From positions 71,364,001 to 71,428,000 of the forward strand of contig NW_024704743.1 of assembly GCF_018977255.1 (NCBI RefSeq): a stretch of DNA of 64,000 nucleotides. The letters run 5' to 3'. Origin of the DNA: Callorhinchus milii. Lineage: Eukaryota. Below, piece after piece: positions 1 to 12,900 of the stretch. The notes under the pieces were generated by a model. The model did no database searches. It had not been told where the DNA came from and saw only the letters and a list, made by a program, of their open reading frames with translations. Within the stretch, counting starts at the first letter, position 1. Each line of letters begins with the position of its first letter. A program made the position numbers and the translations under genes.

Positions 1-1859
1 AAAGGTGCAGAGAAAACAGTATTATTATTCAACTTCATTTTAAGTCACTGGACGAACGCATATTTCTTGTTTGGTTCTACGGGGCTCACTGCATGGCTCA
101 AATAATAGATATTTTGACTGACCCTGACATGCCACGGTGGCTAAATAGTAGACATTTTGTCATGTGTTAGTCAGGCCTAACTTAATCAAGTTTGTTTGTA
201 TTTGGCTATCTTTTTCTGATTGATCGTGTCAGCGTTTCCAGTTTAAATTGTGGGACATCACGGTTAACTAAATCAGGCTCTGACAACTACTTATTATGTT
301 ATGAAACTGAGCTGCAGCAGCAATGTGAAAAGTTTATTGATATTGCTGAATATTAAGTTAAGAATTTTACATAATTTATTCTATTAAAATGCAGGGGGTA
401 ATATTAATAAACCTAAACTGCCATTGACTTTAGAATTGCTTCCCATCCTACCAGAACCCAGAGATCCTGAAGGAAATGTACAAAAAGTAATGCAATATTA
501 AATATTAATTTGTAAAAAAAAGTGTAACAATTGGAATAATGATCTTGTGGTTGTACTGTGTGGTGTCACTAAGAACAGGCAGTTTAAATGAGCCCACACC
601 TGGGTGCTCAACTTCAGTCAAGCTGCTCACCTTTAATTACACTCTGCTGTAGTAACCAAAATCTATTATTACTTAATTAATCTGGATGAGCAATCAATTC
701 CAGTTGCATATCATTTACTGAACAGTGAGGGATTTGGGGGAACATATGGCACCCATTGACCTTATTGTGAAACTAAATTTTGAAAACTATAACAAGGAGA
801 CAAGCTTAAAAATAGATTTAAATCAAATGTATAGCATTCCCATGTATGTTATGCATATAATTGTTTTTCGCTGTTGCAACATATTGGGGCTTTTTTTTAC
901 ATCCTTGAAACTGAATTGAATAAATTCTCACCCACTGTAATGGGAATAGCTCAAGGAGATTTGGATTTCATCCAGACTTTAGCTGTGCATGTTGCTGCAG
1001 AAAATGTTATTAATTAAAACTGCATAACATCCAGGACATATTGCTCAACTCATTTGTTTATGGTTTGTCACTGTATTTTAACTGGAGGCTCTTTTCCCAT
1101 AATTGATTGTTTAAGAGTCAAGTTGTATAATTCTATATCAAGTCTTATATTGTTAGTGAGTCTTAAATTCCTGTTATTGCAAATGAATGAGATGGAAATA
1201 TGAAATTTCTATGACAGCTGGTGACATGGTACTCAGGTCTGTGGATTCAGACTTTTTATCCACCCTATCCTTGAGCCCCAGGAACTCCTGTGTTCTTCAA
1301 ATATCTACATGCCTTCACTCTTTTGTTTGCTCCTCTGATTCCCCACAGTGGGAAGGAAATTTTGAACAGAAGGTGCACAGATGATCCTCGGACCATTTTA
1401 TTGGTTTCACAAACTCTTGCTTTCAGTCATCCTAATAGTGAGATTTGCCTGTCCAATCATGGTGCCCCACAGGAGATATCTCCTATCTCAGTTAACAGGC
1501 TGCATCATTTATCTGAATCCAATGGGCGTCCGATTGATAGCCTGGCAATTGAGAGGGAAAGAGTACTGAAATGGCAATTAGCACGGAAAGTAATAAAGAC
1601 CTATGGCAACTTATAAATTGTCTGCCAATAGTGCACACAATAGGAAATGGATAAACGTTATTTATTGCTGCATGTCCAAAAATAATATGGATTCACTCTT
1701 CTCTGGAGAGCCTTCAGCATTTGGAGCAGTTGTTTAACCGAAATTGAAACTCAGCAAATAGTCTCGATACCTCCATGATGTTCATCTGTCTGGTTCTTTT
1801 GTGGAATTGTTTTTTGAGATTTATGAAAGAGGTGAGGAAATTGAATCCCAACAGACCTA

Positions 1860-1912
1860 CCCGCCCCCCCACCCCCCTCCGTACATACACACACATGCGC
1901 ACACACACACAC
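1860..1912. repeat. C-rich plus (CA)n-like simple repeat
   Basis: Seen directly. Confidence 0.7.
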
Positions 1913-2869
1913 TTCCAAGTTGCTGGTAGAATATCTGAATTTAATTTAATTTTTTTACATAAACTTAGATATCTCTATTTGAGATGAATTGATTCTTGTG
2001 ACAAAGTTCTTATCTTGGGTTGCCAGCTCTGACTCTGGTTCCCATCCATAAGTAAATGAGATGCACATAAAAGAAAGTTTTGTCTGGTCTTGCACAAATA
2101 GCTGTCTGTTCTGATGCTCCCACTCTACGTTCTTGTCTGAAGGTCTCACACTTATTTTTTATTTTTTTGTTTTATTCTCCTCCCCATTGAACAGATTTCT
2201 GGATCCACTATATACACACTGATTGGCATTTGTATTTTATGTAGATATAACTTAATCTAATCACAAAATTAGAAGGATATTTGTGTTCTATGATCCCAGA
2301 ACAACTGGTAATGCAATCGCTACACAAATACAGTAACTGATGAAATTGTTAGCAGAAGGCAAACCATATTGTTTACCAATTAAATAGCTGATGCACCATC
2401 TCTTTCAGTAAAGGATTCCTTTCCTTTTTTTCTATAGCTAAGTCCTGTGCAACGTTGAGAAACTTATTTAACAAAATATTGCAGGCTGCTATTCTGAGCA
2501 CTTTTGCACAGCACTCCTGTGTGATTTAGCAATGGTAGATGAAAGGCAGTTTGATAGGTCAATGCTGAAATCTGGAGTTGCTGACATCTAGGGTCTCTGC
2601 CCTCCAGCAATAGTCTTCCTTTTCCTCTAATATTACAGCAGTGAGTCTGACAGTCAAGCCACTGTGGACAGAATACAGTAGGGATAAGGGACATCACACA
2701 CAGATTTCAAATTAACATTTTTTAATTAAACCAAAACATTATAAATCATAAAGTATTCTGCAGTGCATAGAAGACAATACAATAAAAGTGCACTGAACAG
2801 TAATTAGCAGTAGTGTAATGAGAAACAGAACAAAAAAATACCTATACTATATTTTCTGCTTCATGTCCC

Positions 2870-3157
2870 CCGCCTCACCCACCCCACCATTGATGGGCGG
2901 TTCTTCAGCCATTCTGCCCCTCTGGAAGTCCATCCAGCAGTCCCTCCGCTTCACCCCCTCCCTTGCCTCCTTCAAGACCCATCTGAAGACCCTTGTCTTC
3001 AACCGTGCCTTCGATCACCCTCCTTCTCCCCCTGTCCCCCACCCTCCCCAATCCTGAGCCCCAGCTCGGGTCTGAAACACTGACTGTCCAGCGCCTTGGG
3101 ACGTCCTCCTGATGTGAAAGCTGCTATATAAATGTAATTTTGTTTTTGTTGTTGTTA
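2870..3157 (+). mobile_element. L2-clade LINE 3' end
   Basis: Translates to ...SFKTHLKTLVF; tail cagcgccttgggacgtcc...gctatataaatgtaa(ttg)n shared with other copies in window. Confidence 0.8.
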
Positions 3158-3569
3158 GACAACATGGGGCATTATCAAATTACTTGGGGGATTCTTGCAA
3201 AGCTTAACAAATCATCTTCAAGAAATTAAGTGCTTTTTCGTTGGATCCCCCAGTGGTTCTGTGCGTGTGTGAGTCATAATTTTATGGTTGACAATGGATG
3301 CTTCAATGCAAAGAATAATAAAGAATCTACATGGGAGCTAATCATATTTTTACATTCAATTCAGATTTCTACAAGGAAGTGAATGTTAGCATGCAATAAA
3401 GCAGCAAGCGTCACATTCTGGATTCACATTACAATAATTGAAAGTGATTGCATTATAAAAAATAAGGCAATTCATGGAATTCTGTGTTTTTTTAACTATA
3501 ATCATTTTGAAGATGTCCAACAAAAGGTAATACAGTAAGTTTTACAGTACTAAAAATTCCCTTCAAAAA

Positions 3570-3767
3570 ATAAATAAATAAAAATAATAATAATTTGGTC
3601 ACTCAATCCACGACTGTTTGTGGGACACTGCTGTACGCAATTGGCTGCTTGCTGCGAATCGCCCACATGTATACAGTCAATTCACTTTACAGTATATTCT
3701 TTGAAGCGCTTTGAGACATCTCGAAGACGTGATAAGGCTCTATATCAAATGCACGGATTATTATTAT
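3570..3767 (+). mobile_element. tRNA-derived SINE, 3' half
   Basis: ttggtcactcaatccacgactgtttgtgggacactgctg...gctctatatcaaatgcacggatt(att)n. Confidence 0.85.
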
Positions 3768-3787
3768 GTGTGTTTCTTCCTTTATAG

Positions 3788-3916
3788 GCTATGATGGCGA
3801 GACACTGGGAAAGGATTGCACAAACTACCGGCTGCACTTTTGATGTTGAATCTGACCACTTTTCTCTCAAGAATATAATGGAAGCTCCACTATTGAAAAG
3901 CAAAGAGGACATTGAG
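3788..3916 (+). CDS. DNAH5: Dynein heavy chain exon 1 of window ([10 protein letters not shown]...KSKEDIE)
   Basis: tttatag acceptor, gtaaca donor, 129 nt; not in ORF track. Confidence 0.92.
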
Positions 3917-6900
3917 GTAACAGCATTCTTTAGTTCCTAGCTCTACAGCTTGTGTTTGTAAGTACAGTAAATGCCTGATAATGCGATCCTAACTTAACTT
4001 ATCACTATCACTTAAGTCATTATGCTGTCAATATCCCAGCCACATTTATTTATGTATTTATATGTATATATGCCTAACTCGTGACTCCAGCTTGATTTAT
4101 TCCTGAAATAAGTTATAAGTGGAATATACTAGTATATACCAGTCTAGTGGTGCAACCTTTGCCTATGCCCTTTGCCTGCTTACTTGTAGCCACCTTCAAG
4201 AAGGCTTCTTGAAGTAATAATAATAATCGTTTCATTTGTAATATTGCATTATCACGTTGTTAAGACGTCTCAAAGCACTTCATAGAATATATTGTAAAAT
4301 GTATTTAGTGGGCGAAATGTGGCAGCCAGTTGCCCACAGCAGTGTCCACAGATCGTGGATGAAGACTTTTTTTGGATTAATACAATATAAATTTACATTT
4401 CATGTCAGGAGGACGTCCCAAGGTGCTGGACAGTCCAAGGTTTACATCCGAGCTGGAGATGGGGGAGAGGAAGGGAAAGCAAAAGGTTCCCGTAGCATAT
4501 TGGTTAGAGCACTCATGTTGTAAGCGAGATAGCTCGAGTTTGATTCCCGGGTGTGGCAAAACCTTAGGCAAGTTTCCTTATTCCACACCCTTCTGTTTAC
4601 CTCGCAGTAAGTAGGAACTCGGTTGTTAGTCAAATGGCAGATCGCTTTCCGGGTGTAATATTCCTTTTAAAAAAAAATTGGCCACTCAATCTGCTACTTT
4701 TTATGGGACATTGCTGTGTGCAATTGGCTGCCAAATTTTGTCCACAAAATATACAGTCAATTCACTTTACAGTATATTCTGTGAAGCACTTTGAGATGCC
4801 TCAACAACGTGATAAGGCACTATATCAAATGCCAGGATTATTGTTATAAAGGTTGGACCACCTAAAAAGCACAAGGAGGTAGTGTATGTAATCGAGAAGC
4901 TTCTCAAATAGTAAACCACTATTTCCCAATTGTGTTCTCACTGCCAGAAGTAGGGGTAGCATTTTATGGTGAGTGTAAATTTAAAACTTTTAACATTAGT
5001 AGGAAAGATGTATTGGGGAGTTTGCAGAAACAACAACAACTTGCATTTATATAGCACCCTCCATGCTGGACGGTGCATTTGATCCTGCCTCTTGGTTCAT
5101 CCTACGGTTGTAAAGAAATTGCCTGGGGCCACAGTGAGTCCCCTATTTATACGATATTTTCCTACACTAAACTCGAGGTAAATCCAGGAGGATTGGAAAA
5201 TAGCGATTGTGAATATTGTAAACAAGGCAATTGCAGATCTGCAAACTCACATAGATTGTGAAAAATTGTTTTGAAGTAATGATGAGAGATAGTATTAATG
5301 ATCATCTTGAGGGACATAGGTTGCGGGCAGCAGTGCCCCACAAGCAGTCATTCACTTAGATTTCAGAAAGGGATTTTATATTTCACTACATAATAGTTTA
5401 CTGTATATGGTTCACAGGCCTATGAATTAGCAAATGGTGAGTTGATGGTTTGAGTAGTGGAGAGATATTAAGCTGGGCACCAGTTAGTGATCAGCATTGG
5501 GAGTGTTATCTGTTTATCATTTTAAGAAAGAATTTGGCTGGGATCATTTTGAAGATGTCCAACAAAAGTTAATACAATACCTTTTACAGTAATAATTCCT
5601 TCAAAAAATAAATAATAATAATTTGGTCACTCAATCCACAACTGTTTGTGGGACACTGCTGTGCACAATTGGCAGCCGCGATTTGCCCACATATATACAG
5701 TCAATTCACTTTATAGTATATTCTGTGAAGAGCTTTGAGATGTCTCAAAGACATGAAAAGGCACTGTATCAAATGCAGGGATTATTATTACTATTATTAC
5801 AGTACAATAAACTGGTGAACAAATGTTTGTATTTTTCAGGACATCTGCATTAGTGCAGTAAAAGAAAAGGACATTGAAGCTAAGTTGAAAACTGTGATCT
5901 GTGAATGGAGTGGACAAGTGTTCACATTTGCTCCATTCAAGACGAGGGGAGAATTGCTGCTCAAAGGATCAGATATCACAGAGAAGATTGCACTGATGGA
6001 AGACAGTCTTATGATACTTGGCTCATTAATGAGCAACAGGTAACTGGTTCATAGAATCATAGAATTATACAGCACAGAAGGAGGCCGTTCAGCTCATCGT
6101 GTCTGTGCCGGCTCTTTGAAAAGAGCTATCCAAATCAACCCCACTCCCCTGCTCTCTCTCCATAGCCCTGCAAACTTGTCCTCCTCAAATAATTATCTAC
6201 CCCTGACATTCTGAGCCTTGCTATCTCCTGTGATAGAAACAGAATAACCTCATCTCCTGCTTTGCTAAAGTAGCTTCCAAGAAGTTTGATTCTTTTTTAT
6301 ACTTTTCTTATCTGTTGACTATTCATAACTCTTTGCTAATAATCTAGCACTAGATTAACTCTATATTTGGGTACTGCTTCCAAATTGCCATCAATGAAAA
6401 TAAGTTCCACCTAAACTCTGTTAGCTCTGATAGTGCCCATTTTATATTTATGTCCCCTTCTTATGGACTCACCAGCAAGTGGAAACTGCCTATTGATGGC
6501 TACCTTATTAAACCCTTTCATAATTTTAAACAAAAAAATTATCAATTACAAACACTGTGTTATAAAAAAGAGAAGGGAGTTTCTCCTGGTGTCCTAGGTG
6601 CAGTGACTATGTGTTTTATTGGGAGACTTTGGCGGACAAGTTTTATACAACAATGGAATCTCACAAATAGCCATGGAGTGAATGATCAATTTTATTTGGG
6701 ACATTGTTGGCCAGGACACTGGGAGAAACTTCCTTCTCTTTTTGAACAGTGCACAGGATTTTTAACACAACCTCAGTTTAAGGTCTCATCCAAAGTTTGC
6801 ACCTAATAATAATAATAATCCTTGCATTTGATATAGGGCGTTATCATGTCATTGAGACACAAATATAAAGCGCTTCACGGGATATACTGTAAAGTGGTTT

Positions 6901-9900
6901 ATTTTGTGGGCAAAATAATTCTCAATTGTTCCAGAGGAACCGAGTAATACCGTTTTATCTGTTAAACTACCACTTTTAATCTTTGTGTAGATTAACTTTT
7001 TACTTGTTGGCTGAATAAAATTGCTTGTCATTCCACCACATTTTGGTCGTCTCCTCCCAAATAAATCTCTCTGATTTACACATCTAGGCAGGTGTTAGAT
7101 GGTACAAAGAGTATTGAACAGATTCAAGAAGAAAAATGATAGATCCTTTGTTTTCTTAATAATAGTATAATAATACGTGGATTCTTATTTATAATACAAG
7201 GACTATTATTAAGTTAAATTATTACATATATTCTGTCATAGAATCAAAAAGTCTGGTAGAAATGTATGATTTATTTCAAATTCTGAATGTTTTGCACATA
7301 GGTACAACGCACCATTCAAACCCATTATACAACAGTGGGTTCAAAAGCTCTCAAACACCACAGAAATAATTGAAAACTGGCTCACAGTTCAGAACCTTTG
7401 GATCTATCTGGAAGCTGTCTTTGTTGGCGGTGACATTGCAAAGCAACTACCACAGGTCTGTAGAATCTAGGGATCTGCCTGTTCAGCTACATGTTAAAGA
7501 TCTGATGGCATCTTTTGGAAAGAGAAGGGAGTTTTTCTTGATGTCCTAGCCAACAATGCCCCAAATAAAATTGGTCATTCACCTCAGTTGTCTATGACAC
7601 ATTGCTGTGCGCAAATTGGATGAGACCTTAAACTGACGTGCTTTAAAGAGACTTGACAACTTGATAAATTACAATATAAATGCAAAGTTTATCACTATCT
7701 CCAACATAGTATTTATTCAAAGTTGCAAATCTAGTAGTGGCTCTCTAGTAGTTTGAGACCATGTGCCCCCTTAGTGGGTGGTTTTCAAGATGTGATTGGC
7801 CAGCTGGGCCAACAGTTATTATACTGTGAGAAATTGGTTCTCGTTGCACCCGTGAAAGTTTTCCATTATTTTTATTCCCCTCAAGTACCAGGGTCAAATT
7901 CATTAGCCTTATGTCCTGGTTGTGGTTATCTCATGCTGCAGCATACTATTATATATTAATGTGGAACTCAAAAGGCAAAAAACATTTAAAAAAAAACCTT
8001 CAATCAGCCAAGTTGTCTGATTCTGAATAGCTTAAAAAAAGTAGTAGAATAATTTTCATGATGAGCTCAACTGAAATTCACAAAAATAATAAAATGTTAT
8101 TCTGATATTGGGGATATATCCTTAAACATTATATATGTTTCTCTGTTGGAACACACACATATCTATATAATATAGATTAGATAGATATGTGTGGAGTCCT
8201 CTAATTGGTTAGAGCACTCACCTCGTAAATGAGAGGACCTGGGTTCGATTCCCGGGCAGGGCAAATTGTTGGACAAGTTTCCTTACTCCACACGCCTCTG
8301 TTTACCTAGCAGTAAATAGGAACCCGGTTGTTAGTCGATTGGCAAATTGCTCCTCCAGGGCAATAATCCTTTTTTTTTTAAAAATGTGGTCACTCAATCC
8401 ACGACTGTTTGTGGGACACTACTGTGTGCAATTGGCTGCCGCGTTTCTCCCACAAAACACACAGTCACTCCACTTTACAGTATATTCTGTGAAGCGCTTT
8501 GAGATGTCTCGAAGATGCAATAAGGCGCTATATCAAATTCAAGGATCATTATTATTATATTTCATATACAACAATATATAATCATAACTCAGAACAAGAG
8601 AGAATACTTTTCCTTTGTGCTCAGTTGCTGTTAGAAATTATTATTTCAATAATTCTTTGAGATATAGTTTTGAGCGTGTGAAAAAGTCAGAGAGGTAGGA
8701 TTAGTGAAGGTGACAGTGCAAATTTGAATGGCTTGTGACAGAGTGGGCTTATTTGAGTGGTTGACCTCAGCCTGCTCTTAAATTCCCCATATTATCCTCG
8801 AAAAAAGCTGAAAGTCTTTTCTGAAAGTCAGAATCTGCTGTAATGTAGTGTTTCACTTCTTTCCATAATTGTGGAGCTTGACAATGGAGTGGGAAGCTCC
8901 AAATTCAAAGCCTTTGCCATGTAACCTACATATTGTGTTATGATTATTGGCAATGACTAACAGGACACCGTATTACAGTGTATGGGGAAATCAATCTTTC
9001 CACTGAGCGTTTTAAAATGAGATTTTTAAAATGAGATTGGAATGAATGATGTTTGGGTTTAGATTAGGGAGGCATTGCACAATATTTTTCATGTTGTGTG
9101 TCTGTGATTGTTTCTGTTAAAAACTAACCCATCTTGATCTATCTCAGGAAGCCAAAAGATTCCAGAACATTGACAAGTCGTGGCAGAAGATTATACAAAA
9201 AGCACATGAAAATACCAACGTTGTGCACTGCTGTGTTGGAGATGAGACACTAGCTCAGCTTCTACCACATCTCCTAGAGCAGCTTGAGATGTGTCAGAAA
9301 TCACTCACTGGCTATCTGGAAAAGAAGCGTCTATTATTTCCCAGATTTTTCTTTGTTTCTGACCCCACTCTCCTGGAAATCCTTGGACAAGCCTCAGACT
9401 CTCACACAATACAGGTCAAATAATTTACTGGACATGAGAACTTAATATCATAGACCTTAGATGCTCTTATAGGCTATGACTAGGTGGAAATTTTGGTCTC
9501 TGGTGTGAATACTGTACTTCCAAATCAATACACCTGTATCTCTTGAATACAGTTTTATACAAGTTCAGTAACTTTGTTGCATCAATACTGAGAATGGTAC
9601 AACAACCACAACAAAATTAAATTTGTATAGCACCTTTCATGTCGGGAGGACATCCCAGGCAACTGAGAAGGGGTAATTAGCTCAGTCCAAAATTCTTAGT
9701 TACTATCAACTATATTGGCATCTTTCTCCTCCTCACCCCTCTCAGCTCCAGTGCCCAGCCAGAATTGCCAAGCGCTTTGAGAGAATTGTCCTCTCAATGT
9801 GAATGGTGCTATATACATGTAAATTATATTAAATATGCTGTCACATACAGCTATTGTATATCTTATGATGTTTCAATAATCCAGCACATATTTTGTGATT

Positions 9901-12900
9901 CGTCTGCGGTACTTGTCTTTAGCAGTTTCTAAAATTAGTAGCGTTACTTCATGCTTAATGACCTATTCCCTCCCTAAAATCTACTGCATTATCATCACAG
10001 TAATTTGAAAGCTACTCTACTAAACTTTGAGGCTTGGAGAATAGATAGGCAGTCAATAACAACACTTGAAGGAAAATTCTACTTTATTCAAAGTAGATTC
10101 CATTGACCTTATGGGGCGAAATTTGACTTATCAAGCACCGACAATGAAATTTTACATTGTAGTGTGTTACACATTTACTGTTTAAATTTTTACAGAGTAC
10201 TGATGGAAGCCTCTGACTCCTCGCATGTCATCTATTATGTGATATTATTAATTTAGGATATAAGCGTAGTTAGTGTCTCTATCCTCTAATTCTCTAGTTT
10301 CCTCTCCTGAAGCCACTGATTTGTTTTAAAAAATCTTCTGGTGGGCATCTGACATGCGAGAAAACCCATCACCATGCTAAAAGTATCCGAACCAGACTGA
10401 GAAGAGTTAAAACCACAAAGATTGCCACCAAATCTTTGTCTGGCAAGGTTTCCCGCTGCTTGTCCAGCTAGATTACCCTACCCGTTAGGGCACGGTTAAC
10501 AGGAGCTCAGTGGGAAGAATCCCTATATTCAGTAGTCCTTGCTCCCGATATTAGCAAAATTTAGATCAGAGCAAATATATTAAAAATAACTTTAACAGAC
10601 TCCACTTTTGGGTCAACAAAAGAAAAATGCCATCTGGCCAAAAGTGGGATGGTTTTAAGTATAATTTGCTGGACTACAGGATTGCACCAATCCCTTGTTG
10701 AAGTCCTAGAGAATATTTGTTATACCACAAATAATAAAAACAATTCTTGTGAAATTTACCAGCATCTCTTAAACTGTCAAAGAGCTGACAACGTCATCTC
10801 ATTTTAAAATATATTGGTGGATAGTAATGCCAGATAAATAACCTGTGCACAATAGGCATTAACGATACAGCATTACCAGCATTTTAAAATCTGTTTTTAA
10901 ATCTGCGCAAACAAATTGAAATGAAGTGTTTTATCTGTTTCAGGCTCACCTGCTGAGTCTTTTTGATAATGTTTACCGAGTAGGATTCAATGAAAAAAGT
11001 TATGATCAGATCCTCCACTTTGAATCCCAGGAAGGAGAAAAAGTTGATCTCATGGAACCGGTTATAGCACAGGTGAGAAAATATGTAGCATATGTAAATC
11101 AGAGCTAGATATTACTTCTTTTTTATTATTCTGATCATTGGCACTTTGCATACCTGAAGGATGGTACCTCCAACATTGCAGCACTCCCTCAGTCCTGCAT
11201 TTGTGTGTTAGCCTGAATCGAGAGCTCAGATCACGTGTTTTACAATAATAATAGTAATTTGGCTCAAATGCAAAACATTCTGATTCAGTTGAGAGTTATA
11301 GCTACTGAGCCAAACTAAAACTTGACCTTGTTGTTTCTTCTGATGGAATTAGTTTGTCTTCAATTGTGTTTTTTTGCTTCATTTAATTTCTTCTTTGTAT
11401 TGCTTTGAGACGCTGCTCCATGTGAAGGGTGCTTGTTGTTGCTTGCAGGAACTGGTGCTGCAGAGAATTACTGAGAGTTGTTAACTGATTTCTCTTTATT
11501 ATCTTACCTTGTAGGGCAATGTGGAAATCTGGTTGGGACAACTTCTGAATGGTGTCCGAACGACAATACACAGCATTATTCATCAGGCTTCAATAACACT
11601 CAGTGATAAAACTGTCAAACTGTACGACTTTCAGGCTATGTTTCCTGCACAGATCGGATTGCTGGGGATTCAGATGATCTGGACAAAAGATTCTGAGGAA
11701 GCTTTAAACAATGCCAAATCTGATAAAAAGGTGTTCTGCATTAATTAGCACAGTATATTTAATATAAGTACTATAAGTGCTGGCAGCCTATGTATTATGC
11801 ACATAATGGTTCTTTTTCTGAGTTGTTTTATGTGGAAATGTGTATCTTCGTGTTATCTGTATTTCCTTTCTTTAGCCTCTGGTGGGGTGAGGTAAGGAAA
11901 TTATGGTATTGACTTTTCCTGGGTCACTGTGGGTGATGGGCTGATTAGTGTACAGGAGATCTGATTCAAGAAAGAGAACCCTGAGAATCCTAGTTGATTT
12001 TCTTCTTCCCCTCTCCTCCTCCTCTCCCCTCCCCACAGTCAGAATGAAAAAGGCATAGGAGGACAGTATTCTAGGGTATTCTAAAAGGTTAAGATCAAAT
12101 GAGCTGAAAGCTTCTTCATCTGAACCTTTCTTGTGACTTGTCTTGTTTCTCTGTCGTACTCAGTCTGGTGGCCTAGCTGAGAATTCAACAGCCACTGACT
12201 CAAGTCTAGTAGTTGGATTAGTATATGCCTTTGGGATTTTGATTTTCTGGTTGAGAGAGTCGGTTGGTTAATGTATACTTAATCTTCAAAGAAGCATGCA
12301 TTTCAATTCAATTCAATGACCAGGACTGCTTTCCTCCACCCTCACCTCATCGCCTGCCTCTGACTATACCTCACACCTAACGCAGCTGAAATATTATCGA
12401 TGGTTGGACACCTCCGGCCTTGATTATTCCAATGTTCTCCTCACCGGTCTCCCCAGTTCCACCAATCATTAGTCCTGGCCTATGATCAACTTTCTTCGCT
12501 CCTACTTGGCGTCAATCTGTTAAGCACTTCAAGATGCTACTCTGTGTGATGGGCACTAAATACATGTAAGTTGTTCCCTAACTCAAATACCAAATCAGTC
12601 CTGAAGATATTTATAGAAGTCTCACTTTTAAGAACTTGAAGAGCGTTTTATTAATGCGTAAAATAAACCATCAACAAATGAACAAAAGGAAAAAAAAATC
12701 CACACAAATCTCCAGTGCATTTTCCTTCAATCCAGGGTTCAATCTGCTTGTATAATTATCGCAAATATCCAGATTATGCCATTTGATTTTAATTCATCAG
12801 CTCCTCCATTCCAGCCTGTACCCATCGCTCCCTTCACACCTTTGAACCTGTCTCCCCCTCGTCTTTCATCACTATCATAACCTGTATGAAACCTACCACC

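Noticed and set aside
1..10. aaag|gtgcag as the end of the previous dynein exon
   Set aside because: Compatible with a Lys codon plus GT donor, but only 4 nt are visible, so it cannot be supported
1187..1616. Overlapping + strand ORFs (65-108 aa)
   Set aside because: No dynein or other recognisable similarity, and they do not fit the splice chain
4634..4849. Recurrent small ORF family ([11 protein letters not shown]...; also 5623, 8339, 35407, 39433, 53215)
   Set aside because: Translation of SINE tails; frames and starts are not conserved
8190..8262. tRNA gene (also 35228, 41848, 63490)
   Set aside because: A/B boxes are present, but these are SINE heads continuing into a repeated body and tail; no complete cloverleaf
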